NCBI GenBank assembly: GCA_028023455.1
Contig: JAQFVV010000011.1
Location: forward strand, 6,014,001 to 6,078,000
Length of the DNA stretch: 64,000 nt
Direction: 5' to 3'
From: Epiperipatus broadwayi
Lineage: Eukaryota > Animalia > Onychophora
In this document: positions 50,801-64,000 of the stretch, piece by piece
How positions within the stretch are numbered: position 1 is the stretch's first letter
Layout: the number at the start of each line of letters is the position of its first letter
Program-made: the position numbers and the translations under genes
The notes under the pieces: generated by a model
Databases searched by the model: none
What the model was told of the DNA's origin: nothing
The model's input: only the letters and a program-made list of their open reading frames with translations

Positions 50801-50931
50801 TTGTAGCGTTAGTAAAGGAATTGGGGATATATCAGACAACGTGGTTTGTACCATTCTATGCTGGTCAGCCTTGGTATGATTTACTAAAGTTCTAGATTTT
50901 GTTGCACGAATGTACAGATTTGACTGTTACA
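47900..50931 (-). mobile_element. Long LTR-like segment (LTR-E), about 3 kb or more; left boundary unresolved
   Basis: Right terminus TGTACAG-ATTTGA-CTGTTACA|ATAT and a CpG-retaining interior from ~47.9 kb. Minus-strand AAATATAAA near 49820-49830. No coding homology seen. Confidence 0.5.
50147..50475. repeat. Six spaced copies of a 14-bp quasi-palindrome TCACCTGCG(A/C/T)GTGA
   Basis: Copies start at 50147, 50210, 50253, 50318, 50410 and 50462. Confidence 0.9.
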
Positions 50932-51466
50932 ATATCTTAACTATTATTTACAAAATGTACTTTAGTTTATACACCATTATATTTGTCATTTCTTTTATGA
51001 TATACTTTATAATATCTAGTTGAATTTGAAATCATATTTTTGAAGTTTTAAAAAAAGATATATTCCCTAATAATTATTCATTTTTATTTTTAAAATACTG
51101 TAATATTGTATACTGTAATGTGTATAATAAATAAACTTTATTCTTTAATTTTAGCATGATTGTTGCCATTTTTTTTTTTTTTGGATAACATAAAGTCACT
51201 TCTATGACATCATCATTCTTACCAGATATCTGCCATTTTCAAAATGGCCAGCAAAAAAAAAAAATGATTTTTTTTACAATCATTATAATGAGTAATTGAT
51301 TGTAAATCAAAATAGGTGGTACAAATTGATGATGATCACTATGGTGAATCCTCACATAAAGATCTCATACTAACCAGGATATAGGTATAATTTAAATACA
51401 TATTATATGATAAGAACATTGATTAATACTGTGCATACTACAATACTTGTCATTTACTTAAGTTTT

Positions 51467-51571
51467 CTTTTTTTTTCCATATGTCAAAGCATCGGCCGGG
51501 AAGTGAACCCATGACAACCGTCTGCAAGCAACTGCTTGCTTGCAAGGCAGCTTCAGCTACCAATGATTGAC
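51467..51571 (-). mobile_element. tRNA-Gly-derived short SINE, copy 2
   Basis: Minus strand CATTGGTAGCTGAAG...GGGTTCACTTCCCGGCCGATGCTTTGACAT plus A-tail. 12-bp TSD tacttaagtttt at 51455-51466 and 51572-51583. Confidence 0.78.
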
Positions 51572-52812
51572 TACTTAAGTTTTAATATATGCAAGGATTT
51601 TAAAATGAATTTTATAAGTTTTTAATAAATGATTCTATTACAGTTATATTACTGTTTGGAATAAATATTTTAGGCTCTACCTTATCTGATGAGATTGAAA
51701 ATTTACTTTGGGGAAAATATCTGTCCTCATTAGGATGCTTTTATGTATAGTTGTTGATGATATTCAAAGATATATTTAATGCTGAGAATTATAGAGTGTA
51801 TTATTTCTTGTAATTATTCTCAAATGAGTTGACAGTGTTTCATAGATCTATATTAGATGGGTTTGTTAGTGAATATATGCTACAGAGATCAAAAAGTGAA
51901 GTCCTATAGTAAAAACACAGTTACAATTGCAAAACAGTATTATATTTAAAGTTCGTGTTAAAAGCCTTGCTATAATATAGAAGCAGTAATAATAAATTTC
52001 ATTAGTGTATATGACATACAAATCAAAGGAAGAAAAATAAAAATAGACTAAGCCTGAATTATTATAGTCAGAATAAAGATGGTTAATCCTGGAATTTGTT
52101 AATATTAATTTCGAATTAGTAAAGGGCTTAAAGTTAATGCAAAATAGGGAACCATTTAAAGAATAATATGTTTAGATCTCCATATAAATTATTTCATTAT
52201 AGATATTGAAGTCAGGTTCATAGAGATCGAGGTGAGGTTATTCAAAGATATTTCGTTTAAACATAAAAAAAAATAATATTATTATTAGAGAGTAAAAATG
52301 AGATTTATTAGTTATAAATAAAATTATGAAAATCTAGTACTATATATTCTTAAAAGGTTATATTTAAATATAGTTTATATCATACAATTTAAGGATTTTA
52401 AGAATAATAACTATTTTTTCGTAATTCAATAAGTAAATTTTATAAAGTAGAAAATATAGATAATAATAAAGAACAAGAAAACCAAGAAGTCATTACAGTT
52501 ATTTATTTTTGAATTGCTAAATATTTTAAATGAAAAGGGCGCATGCAGTATATATGTAATACCCATAATTAGTGGATTTTTGAACTTCTGATATTAATAA
52601 TTTTATAATGTTAGGTAACGTCATTAGATTTAATAAAATGTTTTTCTTTTTCTTTTTTCTTTTTAAATTTTACTAAAATATTGATTGAAAAAATAGACTC
52701 AATAGCTTTATTAACAGATTATGAAATTAATCTGCTAAATATATTTAAAACAAAGCAGTATGATTCACCAGACATATAATAATATATTTTTACATAGATG
52801 AACAAATATGTA

Positions 52813-54093
52813 TAAGGATGAATCAAAAATTATGTATATCCTAGTAGTAGAATTTGTTTCAATCCATTTTCAGAAAAGACAAATACATCATTTTTGATAT
52901 AATCTCCCTGTTTTTCAATACATTTTCTTCATCTGTCAACAAGCTTTGTAGTCCCTCATTAAAAATTTTTAGGTTGATTTGTGAACCATAAATGCATGAT
53001 TGTCATGATCACTTCATCAATCATGAAATTTGATCCTTGTAAGACTATTTTCAGGAGACAAAATGGGTGATAGTCTAATGAGGTAAGATCAGGATTATAG
53101 GGAGAATGTTCCAATACCTCAAATGAAGTTTTTGGAAATTGTCAACAGAGTGAGCAGTGATATCAGATGTGCATTATCATGCAACAACACTGTACCTTTA
53201 GATGTTCTTTTTATTTTGTTTAAATTTTAGGCTCAGCCCTATTCTGATAATGTTCCAATTTTGACCCTTGAGAATTCCAGAAAACTTCCAAGCATCAATT
53301 TTCTAGCTGGTGATTAGCTTTTGAACTTTTTCTTAGTTAGTAACTTAGGATGTTTCCATTCTATATTTTGATATTTTCCCTCAGGTTTGTAGAAATAAAT
53401 TCATGTCTTATCACCAGTAATGATTTTTTTAAAGAAACTTTCAACTCCTTTAGAGTATCAGTCCAAATTTTATTTGCAAATGCTCTTCCATGAGTTATTT
53501 CAATACCGATCTCACACAAACTTTTTCAAAACTAAGTCTGTCATGAATTATTGCATAAGCAGAGCCATGGCTGATTTGCAAATAGTTTGTCACATAATTC
53601 ATTATCACTCATCAGTCCAACAGAATCAACTTACCTGCATGTTCAGTGTTGTCATCGGTCATGGAGGTTAATTAGTGCTCAGCTTCATTCTTCATGACTG
53701 ACACTTGTGGACTTTTCTTGAATTACCTTATCCATTCATATATACTTCTTCATGACAAAATGCTTTCTCAATACTATGTACAAAGTCTTTGATAAATATC
53801 AGCACTAAACATACCCTCAGAACACCAAAAACAAATTAATGCACATTGATTCTTTTGAGAAAATCGTTAAATGGGATAGTTGTTGTTTTTCAGTCACATT
53901 GCACTGATGAAACATTTTCAAAACTGGTATGGTCGCGGCACTTCTTTCCAAAATTACTGATAAGACAATGCAATCAACAGATTTTAATATCATTAGACTG
54001 TACTCACTGCCATATATAAAGATTAAGAAACTTGTTATAGTTAGGTCTTTCTGTAACCTTTTCTTGAAGAATCAATATTGATTATATTCTCAG
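52813..54093 (-). mobile_element. Near full-length decayed mariner (~1.28 kb), transposase pseudogene
   Basis: Minus-strand remnants in the expected order: CALICFWCSEG, RSIYEWIR*FKK, ITGDKT*IYFYKPE, LLHDNAHL, YNPDLTSLDYHPF, KCIEKQGDYIKK*. Left TIR TA|TAAGGATGAATCAAAAATT; the right TIR is degenerate, so that boundary is approximate. Confidence 0.88.
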
Positions 54094-57000
54094 TAATTAA
54101 ACAAAAATGTCAACTAAGCATAGCTAGACAACTAATTTGTTATCAGTTTATTGATAAATGAGACAGAGACAGCATTGAAATTATGCAGTAAGAATTTTTG
54201 TTTTTAATAGCTGCTATGAATATCATATTCACCATGGAGATTGTCACCAAGATGCAATGCTAACTGCAAATTTTATTTGAACCTAAAGTCTGTCAGTAAA
54301 ATATTTCTAGTAAGAGAGATAGAAGTGAGCTCAAGTACTTAAAAAAATGATTCCTAATAGATATACTGTATCTCTGTATGGTAGACATTGTCCTGATCTA
54401 CAAGTCTGTTACTAGGAAATGAAATCCGCTACTTAATATTAATATGGTAAACCTGTATAGTATCATTATATGGACAAGATTTGCCACAAAGCAAAGATAA
54501 CCCTAACTGGACATGAAAATTTTTTTTACCATTAATAAGAAATTAAAAGTTATGCTGTCACAAATATTTATATATGCTTTTTAAAGGCTACATTATAAAT
54601 GTATTTTTTTTGTTTACATTTGTTACTACTTATATGATTTATGACAACTGAAAAAGTTTGGTGATAATTTCTTTATCCATTTTTTATATATACTTAAATT
54701 TTGAATTGTATAAATTTCAATTTTTTTTTTGCTTTGTTTATAACAGTGTAATATTTGTATCCATACATATATTGGATTTTGATATGATTTTATATTTATA
54801 TTTTTTATTTTAGTATCTTTTTTATCGTTTTTAAGCTTATTATTAAATTATCCTGTTTTAGAAATATTTTTTATTGTGGGATTTGGGGCCTGGTTCTTAA
54901 CATACATTCTTTAATAATGTGATTGCATCTTTGATCATATAAATGAGTCAATCTTTAGGTAAATGCTGAATTATTGTCAAGAGTGAAGTAGCATAATTAA
55001 AATGTTAAGTAATTTTTTAACAAAATGGAGTCAGCTTTTTTAGTATGTTACAAAATGGCACCTCTGATTTAGATTAATAATTCTTTAATGATCAGGCTTA
55101 GGAACTAAGTGATTAAGAACAATAAAAACATTTCATCGTGACATTCTTGTTATGTATTTTGAATAATCAAACTATGTATATTGACTAACATTGTTGAACA
55201 AATGATTGTAGGAAATGTAGAATATTTCCACCATCAAATGGTTACCTAATCACATTTGCATGATACCTAACCATGAAAGTTCTCATGCGCAGCACTGATT
55301 TTTATGTTACTATAATATAGTTTTTATTAATAGTGTCAGATTCTGGAGTTCAAGGTCTATGGATTGGACCACACTCTGTCACTTCCGGCCCTCAAACTTG
55401 TTGTAAACTCCTAAACAATAAAGCAATTTCACTTATTTTATGATTAAATTTTTAAATCATCTTTTTAATAAATTTTAATTGATGTAAATATTCTTCATTG
55501 GTTATTACTATTACAAGCTTGTTTGGTTTTTTTTGGCTAATAGAAATATTAAATGTAAGACAATCTATATTTATGCACACACACACACACCCACATGTTT
55601 AAAATGCGTAATTTGTGGAAATTTGAATCATTTAATTTCTTTATTGTTATTCCTTTTTATATTACTTTATGAATTGTTTGATTTTATGCTTTGTTTAAAT
55701 ATTTATTTTTGCCAGTAATACATCAAGTTAGGGATTTCCTTCACCTTTGCCATCTCTCCATACAAATTCCAACAGAGTATCATATAAACAAAAAATTCCA
55801 TGGTCGTGATAAATTTGGTACTAAATTTTTTGTAGCTCTCTTATCATAAGCTTGCAGGGCCGGCATCTACTGAGATTATAATTTTCATTCATATGACAAT
55901 CATTTGTAAATCAAATGAAGTCATATTAAATCAACTGATCCAAACTTTCATTGATTGGCTGGAAACTCCGACAGTAAATTATGAAATAACAAAGCTATTG
56001 AGGAAACCTTTTCAGCTCCTTCATTTTAATTAACAAGTATCACGTGATGTTCTTGGTAAGTAGATGCCTTTTTTTAAACTGTTGCTTACCTCCAACATTT
56101 TTGTAGTTGTCAATCTAATCATTAAAGAATTCCAGCTTTCGTTGTTATCATCACCTTTTGTTCTCTGTAACTAAGTTTATTACCATAAAATTTTTAGATT
56201 TTTTTTCTTTTTTAAAAAAACCAAGAGTATAAACTAAATGGCAGTATAGAAAATTGGAATCCAAATATGGCATCTCCCACTGACTTGCAATCAAAAGACA
56301 ACCACATTACCTTTTTGGGATGGAAATTTTTTTAATACACTTAGATCAATCTAGCTCAACCTCCTGCTGGCTTATTTCCTACATTACTATATAATGGTAT
56401 ATATGGCCTCAACTAAAAGATAAAGAAATTGAAATTTGCATAGTTCTGCTACTTTGATGTCAAAATCCAATTTTTACTTTGCAGCTTTAGCTTTTTTTCC
56501 CTGAGATTGATGAGTTACTAGTCGACATTAAGGTACTTTACTCTCATCCTATTACATTCTGTAATGAAAATTTACAGTAATTATAAAATCCTCTCTCCCA
56601 AATTATATGGGGAAAGTTATGTATTTATAATTTAATATCATTAATCATATAATATTAAAGGAAGTGAAAACATTTATACTAATATATGGATACACAGACA
56701 TTTATTATATAGAAATTATCGTTTTGACTTGTTTTCTTAAAAATATATATTTTCAAATAAAATATAATTTTTGTCATTTTTTTCTAAAAAAATTTCAGTC
56801 TCTAATGTTGACTTTATAATTCAGGCTCCCTATTGAGGAGGGTCCCAAGCTAATGCGTGTGTTGCCCATTGGATAACATGCTTATGATATTAGGCCTCAT
56901 TTCACATCATTTGTGATGCAAACTCATGCTTAGCTTATATATATATTTTTAACCGTCCTTCTAGTAGTATCATTATTATATATTTAATGGTCACACTAAT

Positions 57001-57635
57001 TTAATTTCATAAGATCTTTATCATTTGCTATACAGATTTCAATATATATCTACTTTAATCCTAGCTAGATTTTGAGTTTCAATTTAATACTATTTAATAA
57101 TTATGCAGCTTCCCTGCGTGATTTTATGTAGTGGCAGATTCTAGAGTTCAAGATTCATGAATTGTATAGTAGATTTGTTACTTATGGTGTATGGATTTTT
57201 TTATGAATTCACAACTAATAAATCCCTTGATTTTTTTTATTATTATAAACCTCAATATTATAAGATACATTATAGAGGACAATATAGTGGTCATATTTTT
57301 TATAAATTAACCATAGATTAATATTTTTTATGGACAACTGCACTATTAATTTGATTGTAAAATTCAGAATAAAAAATATATATCAAATACAAATTTTATG
57401 CAGGCATAGCTCTCTTCTAAGAGATCGATTCATTCCACAATTTTACTTTATTATTCAAAATTTATTTCCAGATGTAGAGATTTAAAAAAAAAAAAAATAG
57501 GAATGTATTTTTTCATTTAGGAGCAGGGGAGAAGAAGGTAGCTATTTCACAAAATGAATCTAGATCTCTGCATACAAGAACTTAAAATGAAGATCATCAT
57601 TTCATATCTACTTTTTCAATAAGCAAACAATTATT

Positions 57636-58063
57636 CACTATAGTAACCTTTTATATGTAATTAGAGGGATTTGAACTCTGGAATTTTCAGTCTATTCATG
57701 CTCCATCAAGCAACCAATATACATAAACACACACATACAAAAAAGATACATAGTCCCCAATATATGTATTCCATGCAGAACCAGCAATCATCAGTTGGAC
57801 CAATCTCCCACTCATATATACAATCATTGCTCAGTTTATATTAGATACCAATTCCCCAAACCAAGCACTGATTGTATAGTATGGGAGATTATGATCTGGT
57901 CCAACTAATAAGTGCTGGTTCTTCATGAAATACATATATTGGAGATCATTTATCTTCTTTGCATATGTGTATGGTCATGTGTATCATGTGCTTGAGATGG
58001 AGTTGAAGACGAATAGAAGGAAAAATCCTGAAACATTACATATTGTCTTAGAATTATATAGTG
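57636..58063. repeat. ~430-bp imperfect fold-back element with CACTATA...TATAGTG termini
   Basis: Arms pair over most of the length, e.g. ccaatatatgtattccatgcagaaccagc / gctggttcttcatgaaatacatatattgg, and tatacaatca / tgattgtata. Confidence 0.75.
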
Positions 58064-58891
58064 ATCTTTTTTTTAAAAAAAAATTTTTTTTTTTTAAAAA
58101 TTGCCACTAATTTTTAAATAGCAGCATTTTGTAATATTATTGATATGATAGAATACTGACATTGCCAAAGCAGTATTCTCCTTATTAGATAAAATTGCAA
58201 AATTTATATCAAGAAGAAAAAAAGTTCTGTACATGATTCATTATGGAAACTTTAATAATACATAGTAAAGACATGTATTAAAAATATGATTTACTTAATT
58301 ATTAGGTTTTTATTATAAGCATAAACAATATAATCATAAAAAATAAAGGTTTTATTCAGTATACAATCAAAAACAAACTTTGATTAAACACAATAATAAA
58401 ATGCAATAAAAATAATTTTAAAAATATGTTACATTAATTAACTAAACTATAATTTAATATTTACCTAATTATTATCTACTGTAAACCTTTACAATAATAG
58501 AATTATTGATTTATCAAAACAATTTTCTTCAAAATGTAAAAAATATTGAGGAAAAATTCACTTATTGTTATTAAATAATAGATAGATTGTCAAGATGATT
58601 ACTTATTGAAGTAAATAGAAGATATGTAATGCAAAAACTTCATATTTATGCCCAAGTTTTATTGTAATGATTAAGTAGAGGTTTATATATATATGACCTA
58701 AATAGTTTTGATCACACTAATCAACATTTTTAAATGGTCATTAGAGACTTTAATGCTAGAATTGGAAAAATGATTGAAAGATAAAAGTACAGTAGTAAAT
58801 TTTATTAAGGTGATAGAAATGAGAAGGGCACTGATGTGTGAAATTTGCAAATAAAAAAAAAATTATCATTAATTTTTTTTGAGACAAATAT

Positions 58892-61800
58892 TGTAAGGGT
58901 AGCTTACAATCCAGTTCAAACAAACTCTTACATGTCCACAGTATTAAACTAAACCCATGAAAAACATAAACTGAGATAATAGGTTAGATATGTGATATCA
59001 TTTTTCTGTATGCAAAAGAGACATATAAATACATACACACTCTAAGTTTATTTTAATAAGCACCAAACCAAGATAATGTTAAAATGAAGTAAATGCTTTA
59101 TTTCAATATAAAATAAAAGCCTAAACATAGAAACTCCTGAGTGAGAAATCACTAATATCTATTATTGGGAGGACAAAGCACCCAACTTCACTTTGCAAAG
59201 CTGCTCCATGATAGAGTTTTTGTTTGAGGACTTGCTGGTTAAAGCACTGTTAGATTCTGGTAGCCAGGTCAGACAAATTCTACTGAGAGATTCTGACTAA
59301 AAAATCCTAACATCAAAACCTTATTCAGATTACTAAGGCATACAGCAGGAAAGCTAATCTAGCATAGAAGCAAATCTGGGTCGAGGTAAAAGTAAGCCAA
59401 ACAATCCTCTGTCATGTGTTTTTAATACTGAATGGCTTAATCCATGGTGTCATTATAGAGATAGACTTCCTATACTTGAAGATCTGTATTGTTGCTTTCT
59501 CTAACAAAACAGTTAAAAAAATGATGAAGTCTTGGAGATATCATTGCTTCCAAGATATATGATCTACCTGAAGTTGAATGTATTATTTTCAGTATCCCAG
59601 AAACATTCATCAATAACAAACTAACAGAGTCCAATTTGCTTGGAAGTGATGATGCATTGGAATTGCGATCTGTAATTAATAAATTTAACCTGATTTTCTC
59701 AGAGATGCCAGGAGTGATAGATGGATTTCAACAGAGAATTAGATTAGTACATGATCAATCATTTCAATCCAAATTGTATTCTATTCCTTACCAGTATTGT
59801 GAAGAAATATCTAAACAAATTAATAAAATGCTGGATTGGGGGATCATTTCCAAATTCTCTTCAGTTGTAACTGTGAAGAAGAAAGATGGGTCGATGAGAT
59901 TTTGTTTGTATGCCACACAAATAAAAAAAATTACTGTCCTTGACAGAAACATTCCACCACCCATACAATGAATTATTCATGACATTTGGAAACAAGAAAG
60001 TGTTCTCCATTTTTGATCTAACATCCAGCTATTGGCAGGTTGAACTCCACCCAGATGATCGCCAATACCCTGTCTTTCAATATGAGGGTTATACATATCA
60101 GTTTAATAGGATGCCTTTTGGATTGATAAGTAGTGGTGTTGGTCTTATAAGGTGCTTAGATAAGACTATCTTTTGAGGTTAAACAGATCATGACTATTTA
60201 TGTAGATGATGTAATAATTGCATCTACCACAATTGAAGAACATTGTCAACACCTTGATATATTTTTGAAGAGTGCTATAAGAAGGGAATCAACTTCAAGA
60301 AGAGTACCCTTGTTTCCAACCAGGTAGTTTACCTAGGTCATATTTTGGTTACAATGGATAAGGCCTGATCCAAAGAAGATCAGTGCCATTCAAAACTTTC
60401 CTAAACCAATCAACAAAAAACAAATCAGATCATTTTTAAACCTGTGCAACTTTTACAATTTTTTCTACCAAAAGTTCTCAGACCACATGGAACTGTTCTT
60501 AAAACTAATCAGAAAAGATGAGTGATGGAACTGGAATGATGAACAGGAGAAAGCATTTGAGAATATTAAAATGGGGTTCTTAGAACAAACCATGTTAGCC
60601 TTCCCTGATTTTAATAAACCATTTATTGTCCAAACAAATTGTAGTGGTTTTGGATTAGGTGTAACATTATCCCAGATCCAGGTGGATAGCTAGCCTGGGG
60701 TCTTTTATTTTATCAGCCAGCTCCTAAAATGTCCAGAAATAAATTACATGCTTACTGAGAATGAAGGACTAGCAATAGTGTGGGCCTTCCAAAAGTTTTG
60801 ACCCATGCTACTCAGATCGGATGTGATAGTGATCACAGACCATAAAAGCCTTGAATTTCTGAATCACAGTTAACTGACCAATAACCATCTAGTCAGATAA
60901 AAATTGCTGTTACAGGAATTCAATTACACCATGCAATACTATAAGGGATAACAAGAATGTTGTGGCTGGCATGCTTAATCAAAACCCCATGTAGGTCAGA
61001 ACAGAATCATTTGTTAGTAGAGAATGCCTACATTATGATTGTCAATTTAATGACGAATAGTAATATAGAGAATGATTTAGAGATCCTACTTCAATTATAA
61101 TTTGAAGATCTTGATTTAAACCCAATCATGAAAGTTTTAAGAGATAAAGTTTTGAATGTGCCAACTGATCTCACTTGCTATAAAATAGAGAATCATGTCT
61201 TATTTCACAAAGTAAACATAGATAAGGATGAGTGGAGAGTAATAATACCTAAAACATTGTGCGCCCCACTCATAGAATATATCCACTGTTTATACAGACA
61301 CTTTGATGCCCACACAACAACATACTTTGAGAATTTGGTTTTACTGGACAAGAATGTATAAAGATATCTTAAAGTCACTTCAATATTGTCTAAAGTGCCT
61401 ATAAGCCAAGCCATTAAACCAAAATTATAGTAACACATTAAAATCAATCATTTCTAAAAGACCAAATGAGATCTTGGCAATTGATTATTATTGGCCATTG
61501 CCATCATTCAACAAACAAAAAATACTTATTGCTCATCTACGATCTCTTCTCAAAGTACATTTTAGCTTACCTAATGACCCAAACTAATACAGACACACTA
61601 TCAAGGTATTAGACACCCAATTTGTAAGGATAGGGAAGCCTAAGACCATATTAACAGAGCATGACACATCTTTTCTATTCAAAGAATGGAAAAAATGGTG
61701 AAATAATCTCACCTAAAACATGTGCTTACATCCATTAGTAATTCACAGTTGAACCTTGCAAGCGTAATATGGGAGCTCGGATGTTTGTTCAGGACTTACC

Positions 61801-64000
61801 TAGAGGGTGAACACAAGGAGTGGGTAAAGCAAACGGAATGTGTCATCAACTACATCAATTGGGGTGTAAATGAATCAACTGAATTCATGCCCATCAGACT
61901 ACACTTCAACCATCATATTCCTATATTATTTGACAAATATCAACCCCCAATTAATTGTATCAATTTTGATGCAGAAAGAAATATTAAAAGCTTATGAGCA
62001 ATTGACAAACAAACGCTGAGAGAAGGAATAAAAACAAAAAAGGGAGCACTCACAACTTCAAAATAGGGGACAAAGTATTCATCAAAACACCCTATATAAG
62101 TAAACCACTGGAAAACAAATACCAGAAATTTTATAAACAGTATGAGGGAACATTCACTATAGTGAGACAGTCAGGTCCAAAGTATTCTGGTTAGAGATAG
62201 GAGGGGAAGTTAAAGGGATGTATAATGTCCACATCCTAAAGCCATACCTTGGATAGTCAAAGTGGCCACAAAGATGATATGATTCACTGAATAAGTAAAT
62301 TAAATGATAGGCATGATTTTTGGTTAAAATTAGAAAGAATGGTGAGGTAACAAAAAAAGAAAAAAATGGGTTTATTAATTTATGATGAGAGTTTGCCCAG
62401 GTAATTACAAAAGCACTTACTAGTATACTTAAGAGTCAACTGAGACATAGGAGTTGATCCAGGCAGAATGATGGATGCTCCAATATTTAGTTAGTCCTTA
62501 GAAAAATCCAGTAAGCCTCAAAATGAGCAGGATTAAGGCTAACGAGTTGACTATGTGCCTTCTATAATAGAGAGACACATCACCAGTTGATCTCATACCA
62601 TGTAACCATCATAATTATTACAATAATGAAAGAAAAAAGGGGAGGACCCATATATAAGTCTCACTTCACTATGTTGCAAGCAATAAAGAAAGGATTGTAA
62701 AGAATTAGAGATATAATTGAAAGAATATCAGAAATTAAAATAAATAGCCTTTATAACCTTTTTAAAAAAAGAAAAGAAAGGCAAAGTAAAGAATTTAGGT
62801 GATCCAACACATATCCAACCTACATACTAATTAAGTGTTAAAAATTTTATATGCCATAAAATTTTAACTCTTTAAGGATAAGGGAGTTGTAAAGATAGCT
62901 TACAATACAGTTCAAACCAATCCTTATATATCCACAGTATTAAACTAAACCCATGAAAAACAAGCTGAGATAATAGGTTAGATACATATCATTTTTATAT
63001 GGAAACAGACATATAAGTATCTACACACTCGAAGTTTATTTTAGTACCAAACCAAGATATTGTTAAAATGAAGTAAATGCTTTATTTTAATGTAAAATAA
63101 AAACCTAAACATAGAAACTTTTCATATATATACCTATACCATTAATGACTTGTTATCCATGTGTAAATGTTACGATGTAAGATAGTAGCTTAGATATGAT
63201 GTTGACCTGAGGTCAAGTCAATATCTAAGCAATCAAGTGTTGGAAAGTGAGAATAGAATTTTGCAATATAATTTTATTACATAATTTCATTATGTAATTT
63301 CAATAACAACCATTAATTCATGCAACAATAGGCACACACAGCAATGGAAAAGTAAATTAGAAGTGTGAGTATACTAGACAATAGAAACGAGGTTGAGTAT
63401 AAAACAAACCCAATCCATTTCTGTTCTCTTTCATATTTTATCAAGTGATATGACAACCCCAAGCAGTAAATAGCTTAATATTGAACATTAGAACAAAGGA
63501 TAAAATAGATGGTGTGTAGAAAATGTTAATATGATAAAAGTTGAAGCAAATCATAATCAACATTTAAAATGGCAAAAGTTAATGGAACTTTAGCAGTGTA
63601 ATAAAAGAAGTAAAATAATTTTGTATTGATAATCTAAGACAAAAGATCAAACAAGAAGAAAAAGGAATGTTGTATCACCAGCACATACTGATAAACAATG
63701 AAATAAAACTTTCTTTTGCATAAATTTACTAAACATCAATTAATAAGCTGAAAGAAATTTAATTTGGTTTTTTTATAAATTACCAAATAATGTATACTGA
63801 CTAGATAAATGTGTCATTGGACCAGGGTGCTGTCTTAATTCCCATAAAGCATGATGATTTAACTCACTCATAAATAATGACCAGAAAAATGCCTAATGCC
63901 TTATCTAAAGTATTTCAGTGGATCCTGGAAGAGAGTGGCATCCAAAATGGAAATAACCTCATTCAAGCATATTACTTGAGAATCTGAATAAACAATGGAG
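58892..64000 (+). mobile_element. Decayed, 5'-deleted Ty3/Gypsy element; the 3' LTR runs off the window
   Basis: LTR homology between 58892-59135 and 62888-63118 (~85-90% by eye); ATAT precedes the 5' end; PPT AAGGATAAGGGAGT at 62874-62887; disrupted pol between the LTR copies. Confidence 0.9.
59145..62256 (+). pseudogene. Disrupted pol (PR-RT-RH-IN) homologous to the intact element
   Basis: KALLDSGSQV (D at 59253), FNRMPFGL, YVDD (60199-60210), TENEGLAIVWAF, ITDHKSLEFLN, IDYYWPLP, YEGTF. Many stops and frameshifts. Confidence 0.92.

Noticed and set aside
51686-51700. CTGATGA...GAAA as a second hammerhead
   Set aside because: No helix II between the motifs and no helix I/III pairing.
62257-62873. 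Possible gag-like or accessory ORF in the decayed element's 3' UTR (FWLKLER resembles KWIKLEQ)
   Set aside because: Stops every 10-15 codons and no further similarity.
63215-63270. CA|ATAT sites at 63220 and 63265 as the end of the 3' LTR
   Set aside because: Similarity to LTR-B continues to the end of the window.

Overview
This is AT-rich, CpG-depleted animal genomic DNA, probably from an arthropod (inference). It is almost entirely intronic and contains one 500-N gap (16662-17161). The only host coding sequence I can support is one 87-nt, phase-0 exon (+, 30220-30306) of a PP2A B''/PR72-type regulatory subunit gene (PPP2R3A/B-like). The rest is transposon-rich. There is one young full-length Ty3/Gypsy element on the minus strand (18403-26865, ~1.96-kb LTRs ~99% identical, ATAC TSD, single gag-pol ORF) and one decayed relative (58892 to beyond the window end). 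There are several very long LTR-like segments bounded by ATAT, a Penelope GIY-YIG fragment ending in a hammerhead-like motif, two mariner relics, pogo/Tigger and hAT-type pieces, two RTE-LINE fragments, two tRNA-Gly-derived SINE copies, and several fold-back or tandem repeats. The most unusual signal is a short self-complementary TG...CA hairpin at the U3 terminus of several different LTR families, with a different stem sequence in each. These elements repeatedly sit at ATAT sites, twice head-to-head in the same (AT)n tract. All alignments were done by eye; no database search was run.
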